Positions 1 through 20,201 of a DNA stretch of 64,000 nucleotides are shown piece after piece; the stretch's first letter is position 1; each line of letters starts with the position of its first letter. Both the position numbers and the translations under genes were made by a program. Origin of the DNA: Antedon mediterranea (lineage: Eukaryota > Animalia > Echinodermata); NCBI RefSeq assembly GCF_964355755.1, contig NC_092672.1:1612001-1676000 (forward strand), read 5' to 3'. The notes under the pieces are model-generated. The model saw only the letters and a list, made by a program, of their open reading frames with translations. It was not told where the DNA came from and did no database searches.

Positions 1-2445
1 GTAAGTTATAATATATCAGACTACCTAGACAAGGAGGTAAGCATGCAAGTTATAATATATCAGACTACCTAGACAAGGAGGTAATAAGCATGTAAGTTAT
101 AATATATCAGACTACCTAGACAAGGAGGTAAGCATGCAAGTTATAATATATCAGACTACCTAGACAAGGAGGTAATAAGCATGCAAGTTATAATATATCA
201 GACTACCTAGACAAGGAGGTAAGCATGCAAGTTATAATATATCAGACTACCTAGACAAGGAGGTAAGCATGCAAGTTATAATATATCAGACTACCTAGAC
301 AAGGAGGTAAGCATGCAAGTTATAATATATCAGACTACCTAGACAAGGAGGTAAACATGCAAGTTATAATATATCAGACTACCTAGACAAGGAGGTAAGC
401 ATGCAAGTTATAATATATCAGACTACCTGGACAAGGAGATAAGCATGCAAGTTATAATATATCAGACTACCTAGACAAGGAGGTAAGCATGCAAGTTATA
501 ATATATCAGACTACCTAGACAAGGAGGTAAGCATGCAAGTTATAATATATCAGACTACCTAGACAAGGAGGTAAGCATGTAAGTTATAATATATCAGACT
601 ACCTAGACAAGGAGGTAAGCATGTAAGTTATAATATATCAGACTACCTAGACAAGGAGGTAAACATGCAAGTTATAATATATCAGACTACCTGGACAAGT
701 AGGTAAGCATGCAAGTTATAATATATCAGACTACCTAGACAAGGAGGTAAGCATGCAAGTTATAATATATCAGACTACCTAGACAAGGAGGTAAGCATGC
801 AAGTTATAATATATCAGACTACCTAGACAAGGAGGTAAGCATGCAAGTTATAATATATCAGACTACCTAGACAAGGAGGTAAGCATGCAAGTTATAATAT
901 ATCAGACTACCTGGACAAGGAGGTAAGCATGCAAGTTATAATATATCAGACTACCTAGACAAGGAGGTAATAAGCATGTAAGTTATAATATATCAGACTA
1001 CCTAGACAAGGAGGTAATAAGCATGCAAGTTATAATATATCAGACTACCTAGACAAGGAGGTAAGCATGCAAGTTATAATATATCAGACTACCTGGACAA
1101 GGAGGTAAGCATGCAAGTTATAATATATCAGACTACCTAGACAAGGAGGTAAACATGCAAGTTATAATATATCAGACTACCTAGACAAGGAGGTAAACAT
1201 GCAAGTTATAATATATCAGACTACCTAGACAAGGAGGTAAGCATGCAAGTTATAATATATCAGACTACCTAGACAAGGAGGTAAGCATGCAAGTTATAAT
1301 ATATCAGACTACCTGGACAAGTAGGTAAGCATGCAAGTTATAATATATCAGACTACCTAGACAAGGAGGTAAGCATGCAAGTTATAATATATCAGACTAC
1401 CTAGACAAGGAGGTAAGCATGCAAGTTATAATATATCAGACTACCTGGACAAGGAGGTAAGCATGCAAGTTATAATATATCAGACTACCTAGACAAGGAG
1501 GTAAGCATGCAAGTTATAATATATCAGACTACCTGGACAAGGAGGTAAGCATGCAAGTTATAATATATCAGACTACCTAGACAAGGAGGTAATAAGCATG
1601 TAAGTTATAATATATCAGACTACCTAGACAAGGAGGTAAGCATGCAAGTTATAATATATCAGACTACCTAGACAAGGAGGTAATAAGCATGTAAGTTATA
1701 ATATATCAGACTACCTAGACAAGGAGGTAAGCATGCAAGTTATAATATATCAGACTACCTAGACAAGGAGGTAATAAGCATGCAAGTTATAATATATCAG
1801 ACTACCTAGACAAGGAGGTAAGCATGCAAGTTATAATATATCAGACTACCTAGACAAGGAGGTAAGCATGCAAGTTATAATATATCAGACTACCTAGACA
1901 AGGAGGTAAGCATGCAAGTTATAATATATCAGACTACCTAGACAAGGAGGTAAACATGCAAGTTATAATATATCAGACTACCTAGACAAGGAGGTAAGCA
2001 TGCAAGTTATAATATATCAGACTACCTGGACAAGGAGATAAGCATGCAAGTTATAATATATCAGACTACCTAGACAAGGAGGTAAGCATGCAAGTTATAA
2101 TATATCAGACTACCTAGACAAGGAGGTAAGCATGCAAGTTATAATATATCAGACTACCTAGACAAGGAGGTAAGCATGCAAGTTATAATATATCAGACTA
2201 CCTAGACAAGGAGGTAAGCATGCAAGTTATAATATATCAGACTACCTAGACAAGGAGGTAAACATGCAAGTTATAATATATCAGACTACCTAGACAAGAA
2301 GGTAAGCATGCAAGTTATAATATATCAGACTACCTAGACAAGGAGGTAAGCATGCAAGTTATAATATATCAGACTACCTAGACAAGGAGGTAATAAGCAT
2401 GCAAGTTATAATATATCAGACTACCTAGACAAGGAGGTAAGCATG
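1..2445 (+). repeat. 44-bp minisatellite (47-bp variants), about 55 copies visible, made of a HELLS exon 3' end plus splice donor
   Basis: Unit GCAAGTTATAATATATCAGACTACCTAGACAAGGAG|GTAAGCAT. The exon part reads ASYNISDYLDKE, resembling the SYNISEVMSKE segment recalled from vertebrate HELLS, and joins in phase 0 to the exon at 2601. The array runs off the left edge. Confidence 0.92.
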
Positions 2446-2600
2446 TTTTGTTTAAATGTGTTTATACTACTGTTTACTGCTACTTTTACCTTACGTCAAA
2501 TGTAGAATTACCCCAAAATAAGAAACCAGCCAATGATTTCTCAAATATACATATTGTGGATTTAAATGTATTGTTGTAATAAAATTGTTTTTCTCTCAAG

Positions 2601-10765
<8,165 letters not shown>

Positions 10766-10984
10766 CTAACCTGTCTTCAACAATCTATTACAAGTTTGAT
10801 CTCTGCATATTCATTTAATTCTCTATCAAGATATCCACATCAAATCCATGGCTCCTGGCTTTAAATTTAATACAGTACTGGGTTCACATACTGTATACCC
10901 AATATTGCACAAATTGAAATCTGGGATTGTTAATGGTATTTATGACATTTATTTCTATGCAAGTAGTTACTGTTGTTTTCTTCA

Positions 10985-11135
10985 CAGCACAGTGTTCAGG
11001 TTTAAACTATTGTTAACACCAAGTGTTATTACAAGTCAGCACAGTGTTCAGGTTTAAACTATTGTTAACACCAAGTGTTATTACAAGTCAGCACAGTGTT
11101 CAGGTTTAAACTATTGTTAACACCAAGTGTTATTA
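10985..11135 (+). repeat. 52-bp tandem repeat in the HELLS 3' UTR, about 3 copies
   Basis: CAGCACAGTGTTCAGGTTTAAACTATTGTTAACACCAAGTGTTATTACAAGT. About 6 copies at the paralogous site 40935-41245. Confidence 0.9.
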
Positions 11136-11514
11136 CTCTTACAAAAAAAGAAAATCAAAGACTGTACACAAATATATCTCAAAATTAAGTAGCACCTTTA
11201 ATTATTCCAATCTATAAATGGTAATCCATAACTTATCAACTTTAAATTTATTTTATACAGAATTATATTTCACTATTTCTACATCATAAAGAAAAAATCT
11301 TTCTAAATCAAAAAATATATTTAAAAACACAGCAATGAAACTAAATGCAAAATTCATTGATATCAAACTATATTATATAATGTCTTCATTGTTTGATTTT
11401 TGTCATTTTTAGTTTTACAAATTCTACTACAACTTTGTTCTGTTGTTGTTACTGTGCCAAAGACATCTAATAATGTGTTTTTTTATAATATAATTTCTAA
11501 TTACGTTTTCATTT

Positions 11515-11520
11515 AATAAA
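11515..11520 (+). terminator. Candidate HELLS polyadenylation signal
   Basis: AATAAA about 750 nt after the stop, followed by a T/GT-rich tract. Retained in the duplicate. Confidence 0.45.
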
Positions 11521-12127
11521 ACTGCTTTTGATAACAAATTACGTTTGATCATTATGTTCATGTTATGTTTTGTAGTTTCAAGTTGTACCACTTTACTTTT
11601 AGTATTTAACCATCCAACCTAATTATAAAGAGTTGTATTAATTACATTTAATATAATATTATCACATAATTACTTTAAAACACGCACAACCCATTCTATA
11701 CAATATATCAAGTAAAAAACATTGCATTATTATAAAAGAATCATTGTCATTAAATATGGCAGCACAGCTTATAAAGATTATAATGAATAAGAAACAAACA
11801 TTCTTGTTTATCTGCACGCTACAGCTGTTAATAATTATTACTTGCGTTGCTAGTATGCCGCGTGCGGAAGTACGCGCGCGCGCTCCGTCGATGAAGGTAA
11901 GTATATCAAAATAAAATGTTTAAAAACATTGTATAATGTTTTAGATTATCATATTGATTTAATCTACTATACGATTTATATATAAAAGGTCGTTTTTATA
12001 TTGAATACAAATTTAATGTTAGAAATGCAATTATTTGCGATATTAAAAAGTGACACCTGCTTGCTGCGAGATTTAAAAATGTGTTTGTTATATAGTAGAA
12101 GTAACATACGATATCAGTGAAAACTAA

Positions 12128-14460
12128 CTAAAGAAGAAATCTAATATTTCTTATTGAACACTCTTCAGACACGTGACGAATGACGTCAGCTGATAGATTG
12201 CAATCCCACATGCCAAGCCTCCTCAGCTTAGGACACATAATGAGTAATGAAGACAATGAATTAACATCAATGTTGTGAAGGTTATTACCAGAGATAACGA
12301 GAGATTCTAATGCTAATTGAACTTGTTTGAGAGAACATTCTGTACCCAAGTCATTGATGATGTCAGCTGATAGATTGCATTCACTCATGTCAAGCACCCT
12401 CAGCTTAGGACACATAATGAGTAATGAAGACAATGAATTAACATCAATGTTGTGAAGGTTATTACCATAGATATAGAGAGATTCTAATGCTAATTGAACT
12501 TGTTTGAGAGAACATTCTGATACAAAGTCATTGATGACGTCACCTGATAGATTGCATTCACTCATGTCAAGCTCCACCAGCTCAGGACACATAATGACTA
12601 ATGAATACATTGAATTAACATCAATGTTGTGAAGGTTATTACCAGAGAAAGAGAGAAGACGTAATGCTAATTGAACTTGTTTGAGAGAACATTCTGATAC
12701 AAAGTCATGAAATACATCACGTGATAGATTCCGAATCTCAACACCGTTAGTTTTATCTTGAATGCCTAAAATGTGTGCAATAACTCTTCCCTTTCGCTCC
12801 AATGCCATCTCACTACAAAAGGCATCGACACTATCAACACTATCATTCATCCAAAGCCTCTCCAGCCAAGACAATTGCATAATTAGACGTATGAAATGCC
12901 CGTCACATTGTACACCTGGACTAATGTAATCAATAAACATTCTTATGGAGGTAGATATATCATCCAAATGATTATTTATTTCTAAATCTTTGATTGTCAT
13001 GTGATTAATTAATTCATTTATCATATCATCTTTATGTTGTTTTTTAACAAAGTTTAAATTTCTCGGCAGATTGCGATATGTTGACAAACGATCTGTAACC
13101 CAGTGCTTGAGGAAACCACCAGCTTTATCACCAAGGAAACCAATTGCAAACTCTCTCGCTCTGTATAAATGCTCACTCTCTCGTATCACCTCCCACTCAT
13201 CATCATCCAATGGTGTAAGTAATGTTCGTACATCTGAGCACTCATTCTCCGTACCTTCACTTTCACATAATTTGCACAAGTAAAATCCCACCAATGACTC
13301 TACTATCAACTTGTGAGGAGGCATAAAAATGTTATCAAAATTCGATTTTAAAATCGGTGGTTCTTCGTAAACAAATCCAAGTTTCACGGACATATCAACC
13401 AAATCTTTAGTCGTATGTTTATCATTCAAATCTTTCATGTTTATTGAAAGTTGGTTTACTTTCAAGCTATCATACATACATTTGCCCAACAAAATCATAG
13501 CATTTACATGCTTTGCTGGTGTGTCTTCAAATTTAGAAAGCTTGGCGAATTGTTCTTGTTTGTTGAACTGATTCAAAATATTACGAAATATTTCTTTAAA
13601 AAGTTCAGCTTTATCTGTAGGAAGGCTTTGACTGCCTTCCCACAGCAAACAGATTGAACAAAGCAGCATTGGATTTTTGCACATTTCATACGCTTCAGGA
13701 TGTTTTTTCCCAGCCAGATAAGTGTCAATATCCAATTCGTTTCTAAGGGATTTTCCCAATTTTTGTTGTTCAAAATAATCAAAATGTTTGTCAATGTACT
13801 TTCCTATGCTCTCTTTGTTAAACCCATTAACTCTTACATGTACGTCACATGCTTCTACGAATTTATCTATGTTTTCTGATCGTGAAGTAAGTATTACGGA
13901 ACTGTTTTTTAAGTTGTTCTTTTTGAACAGACTAAGTACGCTTGGATTATTAAATCTTAATTCATCTAACCCATCTAGAAGCAGTACAATTTTATCGTCA
14001 TGGGTCTTTAGAAAATTTTTAATTAACTCTGGATTTTGTGGAAGTTTCGTGTGCATGCTAAACTCTGTCATATCAATTTGCTTTACGATTAAACCTAAGA
14101 CATCTTTGTCTAAATCCCGTACACTTAAAAGAAATACAATTTTACCTTCAAATGCTTTAATCGATTGAGTAGCCGTAGCCCAGTTGTATGATAAATGCCT
14201 TAATATGGTAGTTTTACCTATCCCACCCTCGCCATCTATAAGAGCTCTACATCCAGGTGTGGAGCTGATTACATCTATCACTTCTGTTAATGTTGTTGGT
14301 TTGCAGTCTTTATTCTTTTTAGATTGCTTGCGTAGTTCCAAATCAGTGAACATCTGCGAAATGTCAACACTGTATCTATCACGCATTGTTGCTGGTGTAA
14401 ATATACTGGCCTGGCTACACAATTCCCTTTGTCTTTGAAGCAGATATTCTTCAATTTTGT
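12128..14460 (-). CDS. NACHT + LRR exon of NLR copy 1
   Basis: ORF 12128-14422. Walker A GEGGIGKTT, Walker B LLLDGLDE, sensor ILTSR, NPMLL, PPHKLIVESL. Three 59-aa double-LRR units (LxxLxISGNNL...LxxLDMSECNL). Acceptor TTTCTTCGCATCTAG precedes 14460. Confidence 0.95.
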
Positions 14461-17400
14461 CTAGATGCGAAGAAAAATGGCAAAAACAATATTTAGTAAA
14501 TTAAATTTTATTTAATAAGGGCCTTGCAATTTCTAGTACTGTAATACAATAGGTAGTACTGGAGCCTCGTCGAAGTAGTAAACCGAGTAAATAAATAGAG
14601 GGCGACAAACACAATTTATTATCAATCAGAAAGAAAACTCTGTTAAACGACTGGTGGTCGCCAGCAAATCGTAATAACCGTTTCAATGTAGAGCAATCCA
14701 CCGCTTATATGGTAAAACCTAATGTGACGTGCTAGTGCTAATGTGGTCATTGATGATGAAAGCTTATTTTTATACATTCACTTTTACGACATTAGCTTTG
14801 TAACACGCACGTATTCACTTTTTTGTAGGTGAAATAAAAAAGTATTACAAATACTACTAGTAATGTATAACAAATTAAAGATTTTTCAGGCATCTCGGTA
14901 CAACGTTTTTTCTTAATACGAAAGCAATAACAAATTACAGAAATAATATAAATTGCGTTCAAAGTGATAGTTTTGACAATTAATTTTAATAGGAAAGGTT
15001 AAAACTGTAAATAAATTTTCTTTTATTCAAAATTGAAATCATGCACTCGTGTACGAATTAATTTAATTTAAAACCTTGCCATTTATCCTAAATTAAAACT
15101 AACTGGTAATATCGGGAAGTTGCTGTTGTAAACACGCGTTTGCAATATTAAATGTATTGATTTTACGTATTCTATTCTTTGGTTTTTCGTGAAAAGAGAA
15201 TACACCACCACAGAAACTGTGGAGAATAATATTGCAAAAAATAGAAATAAGTATAATGTCCATATCAAAAACGTATTGTAAACTAAATTAAGGAATAAGA
15301 GTTGAAAATGCAAAACTTGGTAATCGTTATTGACAAGGGGTTATTATAGCCTGGTTTAACTTAAGAAATGATTATGATGAGGTATTTGTGGTATATCAAA
15401 CATTGAAAGAGATAATGAAAAAAGAGAATGACGATTGAGATAATGTGACGTCCTCAAACGTCTTTGGTTATTCTTTTTGTTTCGTTCTGTTGAGTGTAAT
15501 GTTTTTGATAAAAGGAGAAAATAAAAGTTTTTGAAAAAAAAAAAAAAAAAAAAAAAAACCACGGCGTGTGACATTTTTTTTTTATTATTATTAGGTTAAA
15601 AATGTTACGTGAGATGTTTATGATTGAAACTGAATTAACAATTATCTACGTCATAATCACATTTATTTATAATTATCCTCAATTTTATGCCAATTGGCAT
15701 ACACAATTGTGCATTTATAGGCTGTATCCATGAAAATAAAAGGATTATAGAGGGCGGCAAACAGAATATAGCATTAATTAGAACGAAATTTTAACATGTT
15801 ATTTGAACTAAGATGATTGTAACTACAGTACATGAAATATTACGGTGAATTACTATTTTTGAATTTGATTACAAAATCTCATCAATTGTTTTACGAAGAC
15901 ATTTTATCAAATTAATTAAATATTAAATGAGCAAAATTAAAGTAAGACGATGTGATTTTATCATTCATTCAATCTTTTATCTCGGAATCTCTGGTTCATA
16001 GAAAGTAAAATTACATATAAATGAATTAAAAATTAAAAAAAATAGACCGTACTAATTACTACTACTCATCTCATATTTTTAATGCTTTAAGAATGTTTGA
16101 TTGTTACAGAAATGTAGTACGAGGCCACGTATACACTTTCAAATTTGCCAATGTATATTATATGTGACCTGCTCTGGCAAAGTGAAACATAAGTCGAAAA
16201 TATAAATTTTTCAGATTTTTATTCTATCTGGTAGGAAATGTTATATCCTTTACAATGATACCAAACTTAATATTTAACATGAAGGGGATCCCGAGATATT
16301 GTACGTTAAGTCGAAGCATGTATAAAGAAATATACAAATAACAGTTTTGAGAAAATCATGATTGAATGTCAATGTTATTTTATAAAACAACAACACAAAT
16401 TAATATTTGTTAATCTAATAGTGTATACTTTCTAAGTATCACACATTCACAAAATATGATACAATGAAATGTTTTTTGGTAGGATATTGATTACTGTGAC
16501 AATGCATACAAAAAAATATTTCCACATTCTATGTTAAGTACATACTTGTGTTTCTTTTAAGCACTTGCTTAAAATGGTAAAAAATGGGGTAAATTAATGT
16601 TTTTACACTAAAAAAACTGTATTATTCTTTAAGAATTAATTAAATGTATACAATAAATTAAGTTATATAACATTAAATACCATTTCTTGAACTACTGGAT
16701 TTAAGTACGTTCTTAAAAGTTACTTAAATAATTTAAATTTTAGTTGTGTAGTGCCTGCTGATTAGATAACAAATACAACTTAAATAACATTATGCGATTG
16801 CTTTAATCAATTAAATAATGGATATGATTTAAGCACATACTAATGTATTAAGTTTGTTTTAAGCATTTACTTAAAATTGTGTAATGTTCATGAAATTATG
16901 TTGGTGTAAGTGCATAATAATAGCCTACAATAACATGAATTAAAGCCCCATTCCCTACGTTTTTTAGATCTAATTTAAGATCACAAACTATATTTAATGT
17001 AAAAATAATACTATATGGTCCTATTGCGATAACTTTTTTCGTCTTTAAACGGTTAAAAATGTGAAAAATAAATCGATTTTAATAATTATAGCGGCCCGCT
17101 ATAAATCCCAAAATGCATTGCGCGCGGATTGATATTTTTGTTTTTCACCTGTAATTCGCCCACTTTTCGATCGATCGTGAAGCCAAAACAAATGGAAGAC
17201 TCCTAACTTTTCAGCGAAAATACCGGGTGTTCCCCAATTTGTATCAACGGAGTCTGGCAAAAATAGAAAGACAATTAATGCAGCAACTATACAACGTCAG
17301 GCTAGGTATATAGCTAGCGTACGATGTTCGTACGTTACCGATGTTTACCAGCTAGGCCTACAAAACTAAGCCTAGCTAGGCTAGGCCTGAGACCGTCCAC

Positions 17401-20201
17401 GAGAGGTCGATCGCCGCGAGCTACTTAGGTAGTGCATTGTTTCTCACTTTTTATCATAATTTACCATAAAACGTACATTTAAGACAAGGAATGACATGGT
17501 TTAATGTTTTTAAAGTGATATATATGTATTATTTTCCAAAAAACGTCCAAAATTGCAGGGAAGGGGTCTTTAATACAATACTTATTATGTAAAAACAATA
17601 AATATGGTAGGCCTATGTGATATGTAGGCAAATAAAAGTGCCACTTAGGCCTAGCCTACCTATCCTAGCTAGGCCTATTTGCCCTGCAACATACCTAGCT
17701 AACCTACCTAGGCCTAGCTAGTCTAGTCTAGACCTGCTAGGCCTACCCTAGGGCCTAGCTAGGCTAGGACAAGTAGGCCTAGAAGGACCCAGCCTGGAGT
17801 CCAAAAGGCTACTTAGTAGGCCTAGGCTAGTCACTACACTGGCTGTAATAATTTAATATCATAGGTCCTTTGCTACTCTCATTATGTTTTTATTTTTTAG
17901 TCATTGTATTTGGCCCAGGCCTAGGCCCTAGACTAGATCCATCGATTATCTTAAATCTGAATTGTTTACACTTTCTTCTCCGCGTAAAAAGTAAACAGGT
18001 CAAAGGTCATTATAAGGATAAGCCAATTACAGTACTGTATTTCTACTACGCGCTAGCCATTACGTGGCGTATCCTTGACAACGGATTTCTGTTGTGTAAA
18101 AATTACGTCAGAGAAGCTTTTTACCTCCTCTAATTCCCGCTGAAGAAGCCAAAAATATTGAAAACCACTTGAAATACCCACTGAATATGGCTTATGAATA
18201 TTTAAATTTTCAGACTCTACCATGTTTCTAAAGGTAGCTATACAAATATTTTCATAAACTGCACAGTTTTCTAACAGTGTTTCATGCACTTTATTTCATT
18301 TTTTTGCAACAAAATGAAATCAAGACAAAAAAGGTACTCATTAAAATTATTTATTTAGCCCTTTTATAAACTTAATTCACACAAAATGAAACTTGATCTT
18401 GATTCTTAAATAGTTGTAGATTCCAAAAAGGGGAAAACCCTATTTTCACCAAGATAGTGATTTTTAACGTACATAGTACTTCTATAGGTCAATACACTGA
18501 ATAAAGATCAGCGAGTTATGTTTCACTATGCCAGAGCAGGTCACATATTATTGTTGTTTATTTTTTCGCCAGTATCAGAAACTTTAATCACACTTGATGG
18601 TTAATGAAGTTATTTTTGCAACTTTTCGTTTTTTCATTGAATTGTAGCGCAGGCGGAAATATAGAGGGCGGCAAACACAATTTTTAATTCATCCGAAATG
18701 ATAAAACATATTATTTAGGGCCTACTCTGAAATAAAATATAACTTTTTAGTAGACCTATATTTATTTGTATTCAGTAAACAAACTTTGTAATGCGGATTA
18801 GAATTAAGCTTATTGGATCTCAAAGAATGATAATATGTGTAATATGAGTCTTACTTATTATGATGTTAACAACATTTCGTTTTTCAAACAATGAAGCTTC
18901 CTAATTATTATATCGCTACATGTGGTCAGGATTGGAATTAAACATCAAGAAGGATTTTGTTTAAATATTATTATTCTGAATGCAACTAACCTGTTTCTGA
19001 TTTACCCTCTTTTGGCATTCCTTGTCCTTCATTACTACTGGTTGCCACTTGTCCTATTTTAATAACAGAATAATAAGAAACAAAATGAAATACTTATTTT
19101 ACTTAAAAAACTACCGATTGCGAGCAAAATTATACGGTAAATTATTAGTAACTGACCTGATTTAAATCTTTTTCGCATTCCTTGTTCTTCATCATTACTA
19201 CAAGTCGCCACTCGTTCTGTAATAATCAAATAATAATAATACGAAAAACAAATTAAAGACAATTATTATTATTTTACCTAAAGAACTACCGATTGCGAGC
19301 AAAATTATACGGTTCATTATTAGAAACTAACCTGTTCCTGATTTAAATCTTTTTCGCATTCCTTGTTCTTCATTACTACGTCTGGTCGCCACTTGCCCTG
19401 TTTAATAAATGACAGGACAAAACATGAATTTAGGCTACAATGATATTCTATACTGGTAATTCTTTAAACATTAATTAATGTTTTTTTAGCTTTTCGCACT
19501 AACTTACCTTCAGTCAGAAGTGTTACGCTTGATTCCAGTCCAACTTGTCTTAAATTGTTAATGAATTCTTCAATTTTTTCTTCACAGATTATTCGTCTCT
19601 CTTCCAAATCCAGAATCATACTCCAGGCATCTTTGTAATTCTTTAACGCACTACCATTGTATAATGCATCGATTCTGTCCACATCAGCCTGTCTAAGTCC
19701 ATTTCCGAAAGCTACAATTTGTAGTCGATATCGAGTGAACTTAGTAATTTCTTTAACTTCAAGAAAAGAATGTTTGAGACGATCTATGACACCAAACTGT
19801 TCAGTTACTTTTATTGTGTCGTCTAGCAATATACGATTGTCTGAACTTAAACGTCCATTTGCCCTTAATTCCTGTAGTAAGTGTATTGTTTTGGTGGCGC
19901 TGTCTATTTTCGTTACTGCAATCAAATCTTGGTACAAAACTTTCAGCTTTGTGACGAGATTATGTTCATCATACCAAGTTGAAAAATTTACTAAATCCAG
20001 ATCAAAATCTATGAAATGGTGGAAAAAGAACAATTTAAACAAGTGTATTATTATTTAATGCAACACCAGGATTACTGTATATAATCATAATATGTAAAGC
20101 GGACCAATCTTTTTTTATGTCGGTACTTATTATACTAATATGTTTATAATATTGTATTAAGTCTTTATGAGTGAATACATTATCAGTGTACCTGTTGCCA
20201 T
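12128..20201 (-). CDS. NLR (DED-DED-NACHT-LRR; NLRC/NOD-like) receptor, copy 1, about 1010 aa
   Basis: Exons (minus strand): 20201-20192 (ATGGCAACAG|gt), 20008-19508, 19397-19332, 19216-19157, 19053-18991, 14460-12128. All junctions are phase 1 and the total of 3033 nt is divisible by 3. Confidence 0.8.
16160..18547. mobile_element. Non-autonomous TIR DNA transposon in the NLR copy 1 intron
   Basis: About 38-bp TIR ATATGTGACCTGCTCTGGCAAAGTGAAACATAAGTCG / CGAGTTATGTTTCACTATGCCAGAGCAGGTCACATAT in an AT-rich site. Absent at the paralogous position near 46175. No transposase ORF. Confidence 0.85.
16944..17569. mobile_element. 626-bp Kolobok-like MITE nested in the TIR element
   Basis: TTAA|AGCCCCATTCCCT ... 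AGGGAAGGGGTCT|TTAA. A near-identical copy lies at 30600-31225. Confidence 0.85.
18991..19397 (-). CDS. Three tandem-duplicated phase-1 linker mini-exons (66, 60, 63 nt) of NLR copy 1
   Basis: Each is flanked by AG and GTTAG/GTCAG and encodes xVATxSNEEQGMRKRFKSxT-like peptides. The introns between them are also similar to one another. Confidence 0.75.
19508..20008 (-). CDS. Tandem death-effector-domain-like exon of NLR copy 1
   Basis: Within ORF 19464-20042. Two helical repeats with LKVLYQDLI...LLQELRANGRLSSDNRILL and WSMILDLEERRII. Donor GAAG|GTAAGT. The domain call is by motif recognition. Confidence 0.75.

Noticed and set aside
1-2445. CRISPR-like array
   Set aside because: Head-to-tail repeats with no unique spacers, eukaryotic context and no cas genes. 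The same applies to all other arrays here.
13071-14438. Plus-strand ORFs overlapping the NLR exon (also 43374-44373)
   Set aside because: Antisense shadows of the NACHT coding sequence with no recognisable motifs.
17290-17940. Dense TAGGCCTA/CTAG palindromes
   Set aside because: Low-complexity content inside transposon bodies and scattered through the window. No separate function is supportable.
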